A stretch of DNA of 55,564 nt, from the NCBI GenBank assembly GCA_030167865.1, contig JALAGF010006125.1, forward strand, positions 1-55,564, in the 5' to 3' direction. Under the pieces are notes generated by a model. That model ran no database searches. It saw nothing but the letters and a program-made list of their open reading frames with translations, and was not told the DNA's origin. A program made the position numbers and the translations under genes. Source of the DNA: Craspedostauros australis (taxonomy: Eukaryota). Shown piece after piece: positions 44,276 to 55,564 of this stretch; the stretch's first letter is position 1; each line of letters opens with the position of its first letter.

Positions 44276-46267
44276 ATGTCTGTCATGGATGATGATTGGA
44301 CGCATTGCTCCACGGGAACATCCACCTGTGAGAGCAATGGCGACTCCTCGATCAGCCATTCAATGGGCAACAGTGATGATGGGTCCCTCATTACTGCCGG
44401 TAGCAGTGCGGACCATGTCCAAATGCCTGTCGACTGTGTTGTCAAACGCAGCAACAAGACTGAAACCAACAGTAACATCACAAAGATCAACTATGACAGT
44501 GAGGCAGGAGCAGAACAAATCATAGCGCAGGACGACGAGCTGAGCAGCGCATCGGGTTCTGTGCAATCCGATGATTGGTGCGTCATCCAAGATGACAAAG
44601 TCGCTGATGCAAAGGAACACCATCCACGAATTGCCCAAGCCAATGCTGTGACCGATGAAATCACAGCCATGCAGACAACGCCCAACGCAGATCCGATCAA
44701 CGCTGTGAACATCAATGCCAACGTCCATTCCAGCGCTCAAGTCAACGCAGCTATTTGTGAGGATACTGATGCTGTGCAGGTTGTTGTGTCCGTATCGATC
44801 GACAACAGCGATGCAACTGATCGTGATGGTCCTCAGTTGACCGACGACGTTGACAACACCGATGGCATCGATGGTACCGAGGAGACCGACGATGAGGGCA
44901 CAGAGGGCAGTTGCAACGATGATACCAGTGAGAAAGATGACATCCAAGAGGAAGACCGTCTTGACAGCCCAGACCACGACGAAGATAATGATGGCGTTGA
45001 CATTGACATTGACATTGATGTTGATATTGATGAAGTCAAGCAGGAAAATGAACACGAAAACGAAAACGGCAATGAAATGATGGATGAGGCTGAGGTTTCT
45101 GACTTGAAAAGATCAACCAACGTCACATTCTCAAGAGAACAAGAAAAAGAAGGAGATCTTTCATCAACCAGTCCGGCAGATGAAGGCACAGCTCCCCCAC
45201 AACCAACGTCCATTTCGTGGATCGAGGTGGTCGTCTGCGTCCTCGCAACTTCCATCAAGATCATCCTGTGGATGCTCCAAAATCCAGTCGCCAACAAAGT
45301 CTTGGCCTTCATGTTCCTTTCCACGCTCGTCCGCAGGTCGCTCAATTGGTGCTCTCATCAGGTGAATAACATCAAGCTCCCCACTGTGATCACCAAGCCT
45401 TCTTGGACTCCTGATGCCCCGCATCCGTGGGACTCACCAACCATGATGGATGGCAACGTCAACGTCAACGTCACCGTCGCTTCCACAGCCAATGCAAGCG
45501 ACATCGGCAATGGGCTGCCACGGTCATCACACCTCCCACCAATGCCACCCCAACCGTCGCCTTCGAAGATGCCAACCTTGATTGGACAGTATCACTCCTA
45601 CATCCCGCAACATGCAAGCAATCGCCGTTCTGTGAACATCCCATCGAGCATTGACAAGAAGTCTACATCGTTCCATCCACTTCCCGCGTCACCGCCTCTG
45701 TCACCACCTTTGTCGCCACCTTTGCAAGTACCAATCTCTCCACCTGCTCCCCCGCCACTGTCTAAGGCGCTTGCCCCGATCCACAAGGCGTTCAGTGTCG
45801 CTGACAATCCCTACAAGAGCGATTGGTGGAGGGGATGGTTTGAGCAGTACGTCTTGTTCAAGCTGTACCCTACGGCATTTGATGACGAGAGCTGTCATCT
45901 GCTGAAGCACGCATGGCGAAACATGGAAGGACAGACATCCGAGCACATGCCAACCGACGTGGCAACTTGGCCTCTTTCCGTGACTCAATCCATGCTCTAC
46001 TGCACCATGCTGCGCGCTCAGTTCCATCACGCATCGGAAGCACCGCTGTACGAGCACGTGACGACTCCGCCATCCATGAAGGCACAGCAACCGAAGCAAG
46101 TTCCCTCCCCAGCAAGCGACCCATCACAACCGCCCGCCATCATGCCGCTCGCCTCCTCCTCCATGTCGCCGCAGGTCATCATCCCATCTCCGTCCATCGT
46201 CGCACCCATCAACCGCGTCCCGAGCTTGCGCTTCCTCAAGGTACCACCCGCATTGATGGTGATGTAG
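44276..46267 (+). CDS. Hypothetical membrane protein: acidic disordered N-terminus with LIR-like motifs, hydrophobic segment(s), Pro-rich C-terminus
   Basis: 663-aa ORF; DDDWTHC and SDDWCVI; hydrophobic ISWIEVVVCVLATSIKIILWML...VLAFMFLSTLV. Confidence 0.75.
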   Translation: MSVMDDDWTHCSTGTSTCESNGDSSISHSMGNSDDGSLITAGSSADHVQMPVDCVVKRSNKTETNSNITKINYDSEAGAEQIIAQDDELSSASGSVQSDDWCVIQDDKVADAKEHHPRIAQANAVTDEITAMQTTPNADPINAVNINANVHSSAQVNAAICEDTDAVQVVVSVSIDNSDATDRDGPQLTDDVDNTDGIDGTEETDDEGTEGSCNDDTSEKDDIQEEDRLDSPDHDEDNDGVDIDIDIDVDIDEVKQENEHENENGNEMMDEAEVSDLKRSTNVTFSREQEKEGDLSSTSPADEGTAPPQPTSISWIEVVVCVLATSIKIILWMLQNPVANKVLAFMFLSTLVRRSLNWCSHQVNNIKLPTVITKPSWTPDAPHPWDSPTMMDGNVNVNVTVASTANASDIGNGLPRSSHLPPMPPQPSPSKMPTLIGQYHSYIPQHASNRRSVNIPSSIDKKSTSFHPLPASPPLSPPLSPPLQVPISPPAPPPLSKALAPIHKAFSVADNPYKSDWWRGWFEQYVLFKLYPTAFDDESCHLLKHAWRNMEGQTSEHMPTDVATWPLSVTQSMLYCTMLRAQFHHASEAPLYEHVTTPPSMKAQQPKQVPSPASDPSQPPAIMPLASSSMSPQVIIPSPSIVAPINRVPSLRFLKVPPALMVM

Positions 46268-47799
46268 GTAGAGTTCAGTTCAGTTCAGTTCAATGCAATG
46301 CAGCCCGGAACGGGAACCTCTTGCGAGGTCGCCATTTCGGTGCTGCGCGTACGTACGATGTGCGGTGGCAGATGCGATTCGGAAGTCTCCTGAGAATCAT
46401 CACACAAAGTGGAAGCAAAGAGGACCCTGTTGAAACAGCAACGTCGTACTTCTAAAATGCATACTCCTCGTTAGATGTCAGTGTCACTTCTCGCAGCAAT
46501 CAGCTGACACACAAGTACACTCATGCCGTATCATAATAGTTGATTCAATGAATGAAAAACATGCAGGAGAGCAGGTGTGTCTTTTGGACAGAGAGTGAGA
46601 GGCTCTCAACCGCAGATGCATACATGTGCTTCGTATGGATGTAACTGTGACAACTCCTTCCGAATACCCATAGCTTGTTCAACACATCTAACTTTATTTT
46701 CTCTCGCATACTTCTCCCGCCACTCTTTGATGCAGATAGCGCACAAGCGAGCAGAGAGCACATGGAGTAGACACGATCCTCGTACCGTGGAACCACAAGA
46801 AGCACAATTTGATGGAAAACAATGGGCAGGCCCACGATTGGAGGGAGCGAAGAAAAGCGAAAGAGTTTCGCGGAGTCCGTGGGCGTCTGGATCTTCCTCA
46901 GAGAGTGTCGGTTGCTTTACACGCACACGTGTTGATTCCGCTGCGGTTGTTGCCAGATTGAAGCTAAGAAAGTCCATTGTTGATGTTTTGTTCTGTTTTG
47001 CGTGTGGCGTTGACACGGAACACAACGAAACTGATTTTGACGTGAAATTCTGTTTTCTCTTTGCGTCGTTCTTGTTGTCGATGATGTTGTTGTTCTCGTC
47101 GTTGTTATGTGCTTGTGTTTGGGTTGGTGGCAACTTCATCGTGGCATTCGGACTGCCATGTGGTGGACGCACTCTCAATTCGTTCCTTCTTTTTCTGTCA
47201 TTCCTCGCCCTCTCCGTCATCTCCGGAAGCACCCACATCCACATCCACATCGACACTGACACTGACACTGACATCCACATCAACATCCACATCAACATTA
47301 GCGCTTACATCAACATTGGCGCTCTGATCGTACTTGTACCAGCACATACGTCGTATTCTATTCTATAATACATCACGAGCCTTCTTCTTCAGTGAGGCTT
47401 CGGTTCCTTCCTTGTGTCATTTCTGTTGCGTTGGAGATCTCTCGTGAGACGTGTCCTTCCTGCTTCCGGTCATCGTCCCACCCATTCCTCAAGGCAGACC
47501 TCTCGCGATCAAGCCGCCCTCTTGGCAGGCAAGGGCAACCTTCCGCAGCGAAACGCAACAGCAAGCAGGCGAGAAGGGAGAAATAGCGAAAGAAGATCCC
47601 AAACGCGCCACGACAGGCCACAACACGCTCGGTGGGAGAAATCAGAACCAAGAGAAAGAGCAGAACAAAACCTCAAAGCGGTCCAACGCGACAGACTTCT
47701 TCGTGGCACCCGAGCTTGCTGCATCGCTTCCGAAGCCCCGCATCGAGTTTCTCTGCATTGCATCCACCCGCATTCACTTGATTTGTCCCACAAGTACGA

Positions 47800-50025
47800 G
47801 TGCGCTGCTCTCCATTCGCACTTGCATCTGTCGCTGTTGCCGCAATTGCTGCCATGCTCTCACAAGTCACGTACAGCTCGGATTCCTCGTTTACAACTGT
47901 GGAACACACTCTGGACGAAGACCAGCAACTGAGTCTGCACGACACCACATCAACCATGGATACGCAGCGTACTGCAAACACCGTCGCTGCTGCCAGCAGT
48001 GACATCAGCAATGCAAGCAGCAACTCCAACAGCACCCATGGCGACAGCGGTCAGTGGGGCTTCATCTCAAACCCGGGCGTGATTCCCACCGCTCCAGATC
48101 AACATCAAGGCCAGCTCAGCCTCCAGGGCCAAGACGGGCAGTCGCAGGACCAACTTCGCGACCCACGCCTTCCGGATACGGTCATCGACGTCCAGATCGT
48201 CAACAAGGCATCCTTCCTCACGGAAGACGACGACGAGGAAGAAGAACAGGACTCCATCCTCAGGAGAGGCCAGCTCATTGTGGAAGGCGAAGACATCGAT
48301 GCAGATGATGCCTCCAGCGACATCAGCATAGACCTTTCCATGCCGGACACCGAGTCCATCCCCACGGATCTGCCCACCTTGTCCCTCGACGATGGTCGCG
48401 ACTGCGACGAAGAGGAGCAAGGCACGGGAGATCAAGATGACAATCTCCACGTCGACAAACAAAAAGATTCAGCATCAAGAGGAATTCGCAAAAACTCGCC
48501 CAAACACGAACTGCGACAGCTGCGACGCACTCAGGGACGAAACGCAAGCAACAACAACACCACTTCAGGATCAGGTTCAGGCCTCATCAACCACCTCAAC
48601 AAGACGCAGAGGCTCTGGGCCCTCCTCGTGGGCATCCTCTCCACGATAGCCCTCGGTCTGGCGGCCGTCAACTGCCATCAGAACCATGTGCGAGAGGTGG
48701 AGCGTCTGCACTTCGAGCACGAGATTCAGAGGCTCCGGTCCATCACGGAGCACGTCAAGGAGGAGTCGCAGAAGAAGCAGGACGACCTCTCCACCTTCCT
48801 CATCACGGCCATCACAGGTTATGCCCGACGCAACCGCCAGTGGGCCTCCGACAAGCTAGACTTCCAGAACACAATCACCAATCTCCAGCTCGTCCAGCAA
48901 TCCCTCGAGGATGAGGTCAAGCAGCAGGAACAGCTCCGGCTCGAAGAGGAGCGAAAACGCAAGGACCTCGAAGAGCAGGCCAAGTGGAACGACGCCTTCG
49001 CCATGGACGTCGCCAGCAGGGGCCTCACCATCGTCGACAACTGCTGGCTCAAGGCCCATGCCGACGTGCAGCTCGGCTCGTGCGCGGAAGATGCGCTCCA
49101 GGACGTCAAGCAACGCATCGCGGCCGTCAAGAGCCTCTTCCGATCGGCGCTGCCAGGCATGGCCGAGGGCGTTGGCGACGTAACACCTGCCATCGCTGCA
49201 TCGGCAGATCCTTCGACGTACCAACCATCAGAGTACTCGATCGACGATGCCGCTGCAGAAGAAGAGAGGTGCATGGCCGAGTGCAGGGAGTGCCCCTGCC
49301 CCGAAGACAACGGTGGCGACGTCAGCCAAGCATGCTCCTGTGACTACGCGTACGACTTCGATTGCATCGACGAGTGCATGATTGCCTCTGCCGCTGCAAC
49401 AAGCCTCCAGGGGGATATCTTGGCAGAAGACCTGGACAATGGAGTTCCAGTGAATGTCACAGCCAACGCGTCACACTGGAGCGAGACATGGGGTTTCTCT
49501 AATATCAGATGGAACGACAATATGTGCCAGTTCCTGAAGCGGCACCAGCACCAGCAGAACGCCTCATCATCTCGCTGGAAGCTCCATGCTTTGTGCCAAG
49601 GGTCTGAGAACGCGGAACCCGACGCAGTGGATGACGCAGAGAACACCGGAAGTGGTGACGCCAACAACGACACCGATGCTGAGAGCAAGAGCGAAGACGA
49701 GGATAACACAACAGACTCCGACTCTCCGCGTTTCTACGACAAAGCAGAGAAGGCATTGGACGAGATCAAGGCAGCCACCGAGCAATCATTGAAGAAGATC
49801 ACCGAGTCGACGAAAGGTGTCATCAAGGATGCGGCAGCCACAGCGGAGGCCTCCCGCAGGTCCCTCCAGACCGTGGCGGAAGCGGTCTCCGTCGCATCTT
49901 CCGCAACATCCAACTTGAAGGAAGTCATCAAGCAGGCCGGCGACGACGTCTCCGTCCAGATGCGCAGCTTCATCGGCGACCCCATAGCGTATCTTGAGTC
50001 TGTGACCGCCAAGTCAAAACCTTGA
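47800..50025 (+). CDS. Hypothetical single-pass membrane protein with coiled coil and Cys-rich patch
   Basis: 741-aa ORF. Acidic N-half, TM LWALLVGILSTIALGLAAV, coiled coil, IVDNCWLKAHADVQLGSC, CMAECRECPC. Start uncertain (47800, 47854 or 47956). Confidence 0.8.
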   Translation: MRCSPFALASVAVAAIAAMLSQVTYSSDSSFTTVEHTLDEDQQLSLHDTTSTMDTQRTANTVAAASSDISNASSNSNSTHGDSGQWGFISNPGVIPTAPDQHQGQLSLQGQDGQSQDQLRDPRLPDTVIDVQIVNKASFLTEDDDEEEEQDSILRRGQLIVEGEDIDADDASSDISIDLSMPDTESIPTDLPTLSLDDGRDCDEEEQGTGDQDDNLHVDKQKDSASRGIRKNSPKHELRQLRRTQGRNASNNNTTSGSGSGLINHLNKTQRLWALLVGILSTIALGLAAVNCHQNHVREVERLHFEHEIQRLRSITEHVKEESQKKQDDLSTFLITAITGYARRNRQWASDKLDFQNTITNLQLVQQSLEDEVKQQEQLRLEEERKRKDLEEQAKWNDAFAMDVASRGLTIVDNCWLKAHADVQLGSCAEDALQDVKQRIAAVKSLFRSALPGMAEGVGDVTPAIAASADPSTYQPSEYSIDDAAAEEERCMAECRECPCPEDNGGDVSQACSCDYAYDFDCIDECMIASAAATSLQGDILAEDLDNGVPVNVTANASHWSETWGFSNIRWNDNMCQFLKRHQHQQNASSSRWKLHALCQGSENAEPDAVDDAENTGSGDANNDTDAESKSEDEDNTTDSDSPRFYDKAEKALDEIKAATEQSLKKITESTKGVIKDAAATAEASRRSLQTVAEAVSVASSATSNLKEVIKQAGDDVSVQMRSFIGDPIAYLESVTAKSKP

Positions 50026-51226
50026 GCACTCTCTGCACTATTGGTACGTTTGATCATGGCGTGACTTGAGTGGAGCTATCTACCAACCGGTGTCCCCATG
50101 CCTTCCTTTTGTTGCTGTTGCGAGGCAAGTGTTACCGCTGCAGCATTGGGCCGTGCAGCATGGAGTGAATGGTTGGACTGCCACAGATACATAGGAACAT
50201 CAAGCAGCCAAGATAGCCAGCCATCAGAGACAAGCACGTCGCAGAGAAAACCTTCAGACGGCGCATTGAAATGGAGAGCGCGCGCACGTATGAGCGAACG
50301 AAAGAACGCAGACAGCAATCAACCGAGGATCCTCTCCCATCCATATTTAGAATTTATCAATACATTAGTTGTCGTCGCAGGCGTTCTGTGCGAGCATGCA
50401 TCCTTTTGTATGTTCGAACAACATACGTAGCGCAAGCTCTGCCACGACCCTCTATCGTAGTGGCTGCAGTCAGCTGTAGAATATAATATTCCTCCGTTGT
50501 GAAATGATTTCCACTTATCTTTTTTGCGACATGTGTTGAGACACCAAAGACGTCATCAAAAGTGGGGGTTGCGGTAACCAAATTGCCTGTTTTTAGTGAC
50601 TCTTCCTTCCTTCGAAACTCACGCCCTCGCCGCTGGTCTCTGACAGTGCCAGGTACCACGACAGCAGAATGCGATACCATTCTGTGTGTCGCTCCGACAG
50701 GCTTTTATCATCGATGCGTCCCTCCCCTCTGTTCGTGGATGTCTTCCCGCAATTCTGTGACGTGACGTCACATCAGGTGTTCGAAACCGTTCATAATTGT
50801 TAATTTTCTTTTGTTTTGGATGATGCAGCTGTCAGAAATGTGCCAAAATACAAATAATGACAGCGCGAATTGGTCGAAGTTAGTATTTTTGCGTATTTTT
50901 AGTTGGCTTTGTTGTGTTCAACTTTTGCAAACTCGCTTGTTGGCATACGTACTTCCGTATGATGACAGATGCTGATGGAGGCATCTCGGCTGCCACAGAC
51001 CTAGATCATCACATCTCCAATACTCTAAATCCACCATTAGTACCATCTCAAACACACCACACTCGCACAATAGTGACAAGTGATGGCTTTTTCATGTGTA
51101 CGTGAATCTATCATTACTTCCTCTCTTCGCAAGTGCTCAGGGACATCACATTCCGTTGTATTCACAGTATCTTCCCTCAACGTCTTTGCCCATGCTCTCC
51201 ATTCTTGCTTCCTTCTTCCTTCCATC

Positions 51227-51775
51227 ATGGCTTCAACAATGGTAGCGCCATGCTCTTGTTGATGCCTCCCTCATCTCTGCNTGGCTCAGTTGGACGTGGT
51301 TCCCCTCATGTGGGATGACCTCAAGACTACCACTGACGGTGAATTCTACAATTTGCTCAACAGTGATGATGACTTCTTCCGTTCCCAATTGGTGCATTGA
51401 TGTGGCAATCTCGTCCATGTCCATGGCAGGTGGAAGCTTTGAACATGATTTCATGCTTGTGGAGATGATGGCGACGACGATTGGGTCGCCAACTTCCAGG
51501 CCTGCAAGTTCCGCATGTATCTGCACCACTTCACCACTGTTCCAAGTGCCCATGACATCACTCTGCCAACATGCATTGCGCCACCACCAGATCCTGCACT
51601 TGATGCAGTTGACACCACTGCAGACAGTGATGCCAGGATTTCTAAGGCTCCTGCCAACAATGATGTCCCTGCGAATGAGGCTACCAATGTTGGAATATGC
51701 ATATGTGTATGTGCATTGCTCACTCATTGTTCTCTTATACTATATGCACAGACGGCGCAACTACATTCGTGTTGA
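51227..51775 (+). pseudogene. Decayed ORF (probably TE-associated) interrupted only by TGA stops
   Basis: One frame reads MASTMVAPCSC*CLPHLC..PLMWDDLKTTTDGEFYNLLNSDDDFFRSQLVH*CGNLVHVHGRWKL*T*FHACGDDGDDDWVANFQACKFRMYLHHF. All four internal stops are TGA, and the region is CpG-poor and TpG/CpA-rich. Confidence 0.45.
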
Positions 51776-52140
51776 TAGTGAACTGTGATTGATCGAAATC
51801 ACATCACGAATTTGGACACACAAAAAACCACCAAATTTTGGGGAAATTTGTGAACAACCATTTATGAGAGCAGAAGGAACATCGTCCGTCCATCCATCAA
51901 CAAAACATGTGATATCAAGTCAGGCTTGATATGTTTCCCAACTAAACCTCAAATGACAACACCCTCGCCAGACCACTGCATCATCAATGGAATCTGGAAT
52001 CTGAAGGACCACGGAAGACAACAGCTGACATTGACAGGATGTCATCATGTCACCACGTTGGCAGCTGTCTCCACATCAGATCAAGAAGGCAAAGATTCAA
52101 TGGCCAAGCAACATCAAGATCGTAGATATACAAGGAGGAG

Positions 52141-52438
52141 TGTGGACAAAACATTGGCAAATACTCGCAGAGTAGTGGGCCAGTAGAGGACAAGACGGCT
52201 GAGCATGTGTCGAATACAGAGCACATATCGAGTACGAAATATTGCTTGTTGTGGACGCGAAATATTGAGAGAGAGAGAATACGAGTAATGGCAAGAGAGT
52301 ATCTTGTGTGCCAACTCATAGTCAGAGAGAGACACCAAGAGCATTGGAGGAGCAATGTCATGAAATAGCAATTGTCATCATAACAGCCATCACTGTCTTC
52401 CACGATCGCAAGGTATCCGTCTACGGAACTTTCCAACA
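52141..52438 (+). mobile_element. Putative LTR of the copia element
   Basis: Starts TGTGGA and ends TCCAACA (imperfect TG..CA inverted termini), preceded by the purine tract AAGGAGGAG. The partner LTR is not in the window. Confidence 0.4.
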
Positions 52439-52596
52439 CGTTTATAAACAATAGATCAGGGCGAGCCCGCGGATCAGATCGTGCAAAGAAGACCACATCA
52501 TTCAAGAGCAGCACACTGAATTAGTGAGGAAGAGGAATTGAAAGATGTCCCTCTGTCCAACCCAACTATCAAACAAGAAGAAGGTGCAAGTGAGAC

Positions 52597-53481
52597 TCCA
52601 CTTCAACCACAGAAGGAAGTAGGTGCGCCCACTGTCCTCTCTAGCGCAGAAGGAAGCGCGATCGACGAGACCAACAAGGANNNNNNNNNNNNNNNNNNNN
52701 NNNNNNNNNNNNNNNNNNNNNNNNNNNNNAAGCAAGAAGAGACAGGTGTGGCGAAGAGCATTCGCACGGCCAAACAGAGCAGAGAAAGTGAGACAACATG
52801 AGGAGGAGAATTTGTGACGAAAGACATCTCCGCGGAAACACGAGCGAAAATTGAAAAAGTGATCACACAGAAACAAACGGAGATCACGAGCGTGCACGTA
52901 ACATCAACGAAGCAATGGAGTAACATGGCAACATCAGCCAACGTGAACAAGCAACCCATCAAGGCGCCGCTATTCAGTGGTAGTCAGGAGGACTACAATG
53001 CCTGGGAGTCCCAANNNNNNNNNNNNNNNNNNNNNNNNNNNNNNNNNNNNNNNNNNNNNNNNNNTCCACTTCAACCACAGAAGGAAGTAGGTGCGCCCAC
53101 TGTCCTCTCTAGCGCAGAAGGAAGCGCGATCGACGAGACCAACAAGGAACGGTTTGCGAGACTACAACTTGTGCAGAAGAGCATTCTCACAAATATGAAG
53201 CAAGAAGAGACAGGTGTGGCGAAGAGCATTCGNACGGCCAAACAGAGCAGAGAAAGTGAGACAACANGAGGAGGAGAATTTGTGACGAAAGACATCTCCG
53301 CGGAAACACGAGCGAAAATTGAAAAAGTGATCACACAGAAACAAACGGAGATCACGAGCGTGCACGTAACATCAACGAAGCAATGGAGTAACATGGCAAC
53401 ATCAGCCAACGTGAACAAGCAACCCATCAAGGCGCCGCTATTCAGTGGTAGTCAGGAGGACTACAATGCCTGGGAGTCCCA
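52597..53481 (+). repeat. Direct duplication (offset 468 bp) around N gaps, probably an assembly artefact
   Basis: 52597-53013 is identical to 53065-53481 apart from Ns; the copy boundary coincides with the gap at 53014-53064. Confidence 0.85.
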
Positions 53482-55564
53482 ATCAAAGGCGTACACGCGT
53501 GCGCAGAGAACGAGAGATGTGATGTTGGGGAAGACAAGGATCCCAACCAAGAGCAAAATTGGAGCCGCCACAGAAGCAGACAAGGAAGTATTGGAGGAGA
53601 CCTACGAGCTGGCAGCCGACTGCTTCAGCAATCTGATCCTCATGATGGATGCAGAGAAGGGTACAGGCAAGCAAGCTATCCAATACAACAACCAATGCAT
53701 CTCCAACATATTCCCTGAGGGGAACCCACACGAGGTGTGGAAACCTCTCACGGAGAAGTACAAGCCATCCGATGCCGCCACCAAGATCAAGCTCAAGAGG
53801 CAGTTCAACAACGAGAAGATGAAGAAGGACACTGGTCCAGATGTCTACATCGCATGGCTCAAGCTACTGCACTCCCGCCTTCAAGACGTCGGGCACAAGA
53901 TCAGCAACGAGGCAATGATCGTGCAGATCCTCAGCACAGTGAGTGCCGAGTACAAAGCACAAGTTGTCAACTTCGAACATCAACTCACATTCAACCCAAC
54001 TGTCGTCACAATCAACACAATCAGAGCACTGCTTCGCACAGCATACACAACCAACCAAGGAGGGAAGGCCTACATCGACGAATTTCAAGACAGCAGCATG
54101 AAGACTAACGACGCTGGCTTTGCGAGCACCAGCAACTTCAAGGGAATCTGACACAACTGTGGTGTGTATGGTCATCGATCTGCGATTTGTCCCGAACGGA
54201 AGAAGGCAAACAACAAGAAAAACGCCAACAACAACAGAAAGAACGGAAACCGAAACAACAAAGGCAAGGGAAGCAGATTCAACGGAAAGTGCCACTACTG
54301 TGGCATTATCGGACATCGCGAGGTAGAGTGCCGAAAGAAGAAGTTCAACAAAAAGAAGACGGCCAACAAGCAGGCCAACACAGCAAAGGAAAGACATGAG
54401 AAGAGTGGCCATGAGATGATGCTCTCTATACTGGACATGATGCTCTGCTTGGAGGTATCCGACGACATCAAGGATTCATTCTTTGATCACTTCCAACACT
54501 TCAAAAACGATGACGAAGTACACGACGACGAGGTCGTGCCAGCGTGGCTCAGCGACGAGCCAATCATCCATGAAGTCAACCGACGTCGCGAAGTCAGCTA
54601 CAAGTGCTGCTTCAATGTGAACGACATCATTGATCTGTCCGGCGACGCAGCTGAGATGGGAGCAGAGACCATTGCCATCGAGTTGGAAGCGGCCGCGAAC
54701 GCAGACGATGCCGACACCAACGAGAACAGCGCGGATCAAGACAACAAAGACGTCTCTGGCGACAAGACAAACGGCGGTGAGGCGCTGCCTCCTCCAGTGG
54801 CGAGGAACAACAGAATGGGTATCTTCCACAAAGACAGCAGCAATGAATCAGAACAAGAAGTGGACAGATTCAATCCAAACAAGAGAGTCATCTATCCAAC
54901 AAACATCTCGTTGCCACCAGTCCAGAACGCCAGAGGCTTCGACACCATACACAAGCATGATACGATCCCATATCCTACATTGACAGTAGAGACAATGCAA
55001 CGACAGCTCATCCACGACGCCGTTATGGTAGCAGGCATGTGTCTCTTCCCAGGGATGACCAACAGGGGACTGCAACACGTATGGGTGCGCGTGATTGGCA
55101 CCATACTGTCCGACAATTTCCGATCAATCGAAGAGATTCTCGCCAACACAGTGATGCTCAACCGGCTGTTGGAGGAAAGACNAGCTCATTCCAGAGACGG
55201 AATTGCACTACGTCCTTGGAGGATGTATGCAGGTACTCCTGCGCGAGCGACCACAAGTCACGCCATACGATTCGGTGACAGGAACTCACTGAGAAGACAT
55301 GACTCCAGCAGTCAGAGAACCGTACTACGACGGCATGGACTACCACAGGATGGACGACGGGAACGAAGAAGATCACAACGACGACATGGCAGCAGCTGCC
55401 ATGGAACAGCTTCACGAGCTGAGCACCAAATACAAGGACAAGGTCAACGAGAATACCTGGCTTGCCGACAGCGGAGCCTCGTGTCACATCGTGAACTCAG
55501 ACGCCGGCCTCTTCAACGTGCGGCACATCAAGTCCTTCGTCCAAGTGGGAGACAGCACGAAGCT

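Larger units (their letters stand above)
52141..55564 (+). mobile_element. Ty1/copia LTR retrotransposon (CoDi-like), damaged, truncated by window end
   Basis: Gag from about 53393 (PLFSG..DYNAW, VWKPLTEKY, PDVYIAWL..L, MIVQILSTVSAEY). Two CCHC knuckles: *HNCGVYGHRSAIC at 54149 with the first Cys replaced by TGA, and CHYCGIIGHREVEC at 54290. Copia protease WLADSGASCH at 55458 in a shifted frame. Confidence 0.92.

Noticed and set aside
46577..47368. Overlapping 263-aa and 230-aa ORFs with HIHIHI/DTDTDT repeats
   Set aside because: Explained by hexamer microsatellites (47234-47297) and low-complexity UTR-like sequence.
50770..50795. GTTCGAAAC B-box-like motif
   Set aside because: No A box or cloverleaf could be built; no tRNA or SINE is supported.
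52597..53481. Apparent tandem duplication of the gag 5' region and the resulting 445-aa ORF
   Set aside because: The copies are identical and bounded by roughly 50-N gaps; most likely a scaffolding artefact.
54149..54151. Possible programmed read-through or selenocysteine TGA in Gag
   Set aside because: It replaces the first Cys of a CCHC knuckle in an element with other lesions; a simple nonsense mutation is more parsimonious and no SECIS was identified.

Overview
Eukaryotic, gene-dense, GC-rich nuclear DNA. Bipartite plastid-type presequences, sparse GT-AG introns and a copia element suggest a pennate diatom (inference). About 17 protein-coding genes are supported. Recognisable ones are 5-formyl-THF cyclo-ligase, DEAD-box helicase DDX55/Spb4, AP-3 mu subunit, an inward-rectifier-type K+ channel, a HAD-IA hydrolase, a bHLH transcription factor and a Upf1/IGHMBP2-like SF1 helicase with an organelle presequence; the rest are hypothetical. 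The window ends in a damaged Ty1/copia LTR retrotransposon with assembly gaps. The most notable signals are: three highly diverged paralogues sharing an unnamed C2-like beta domain within 15 kb; a tandem pair of START/DUF1997-like paralogues; a candidate intronic C/D snoRNA matching 5.8S rRNA; two adjacent membrane proteins with ATG8-binding (LIR)-like motifs; a possible non-AUG targeting extension on MTHFS; a TIR-bounded MITE; and a CpG-decayed pseudogene. No database searches were possible, so all family calls come from motif recognition by eye.
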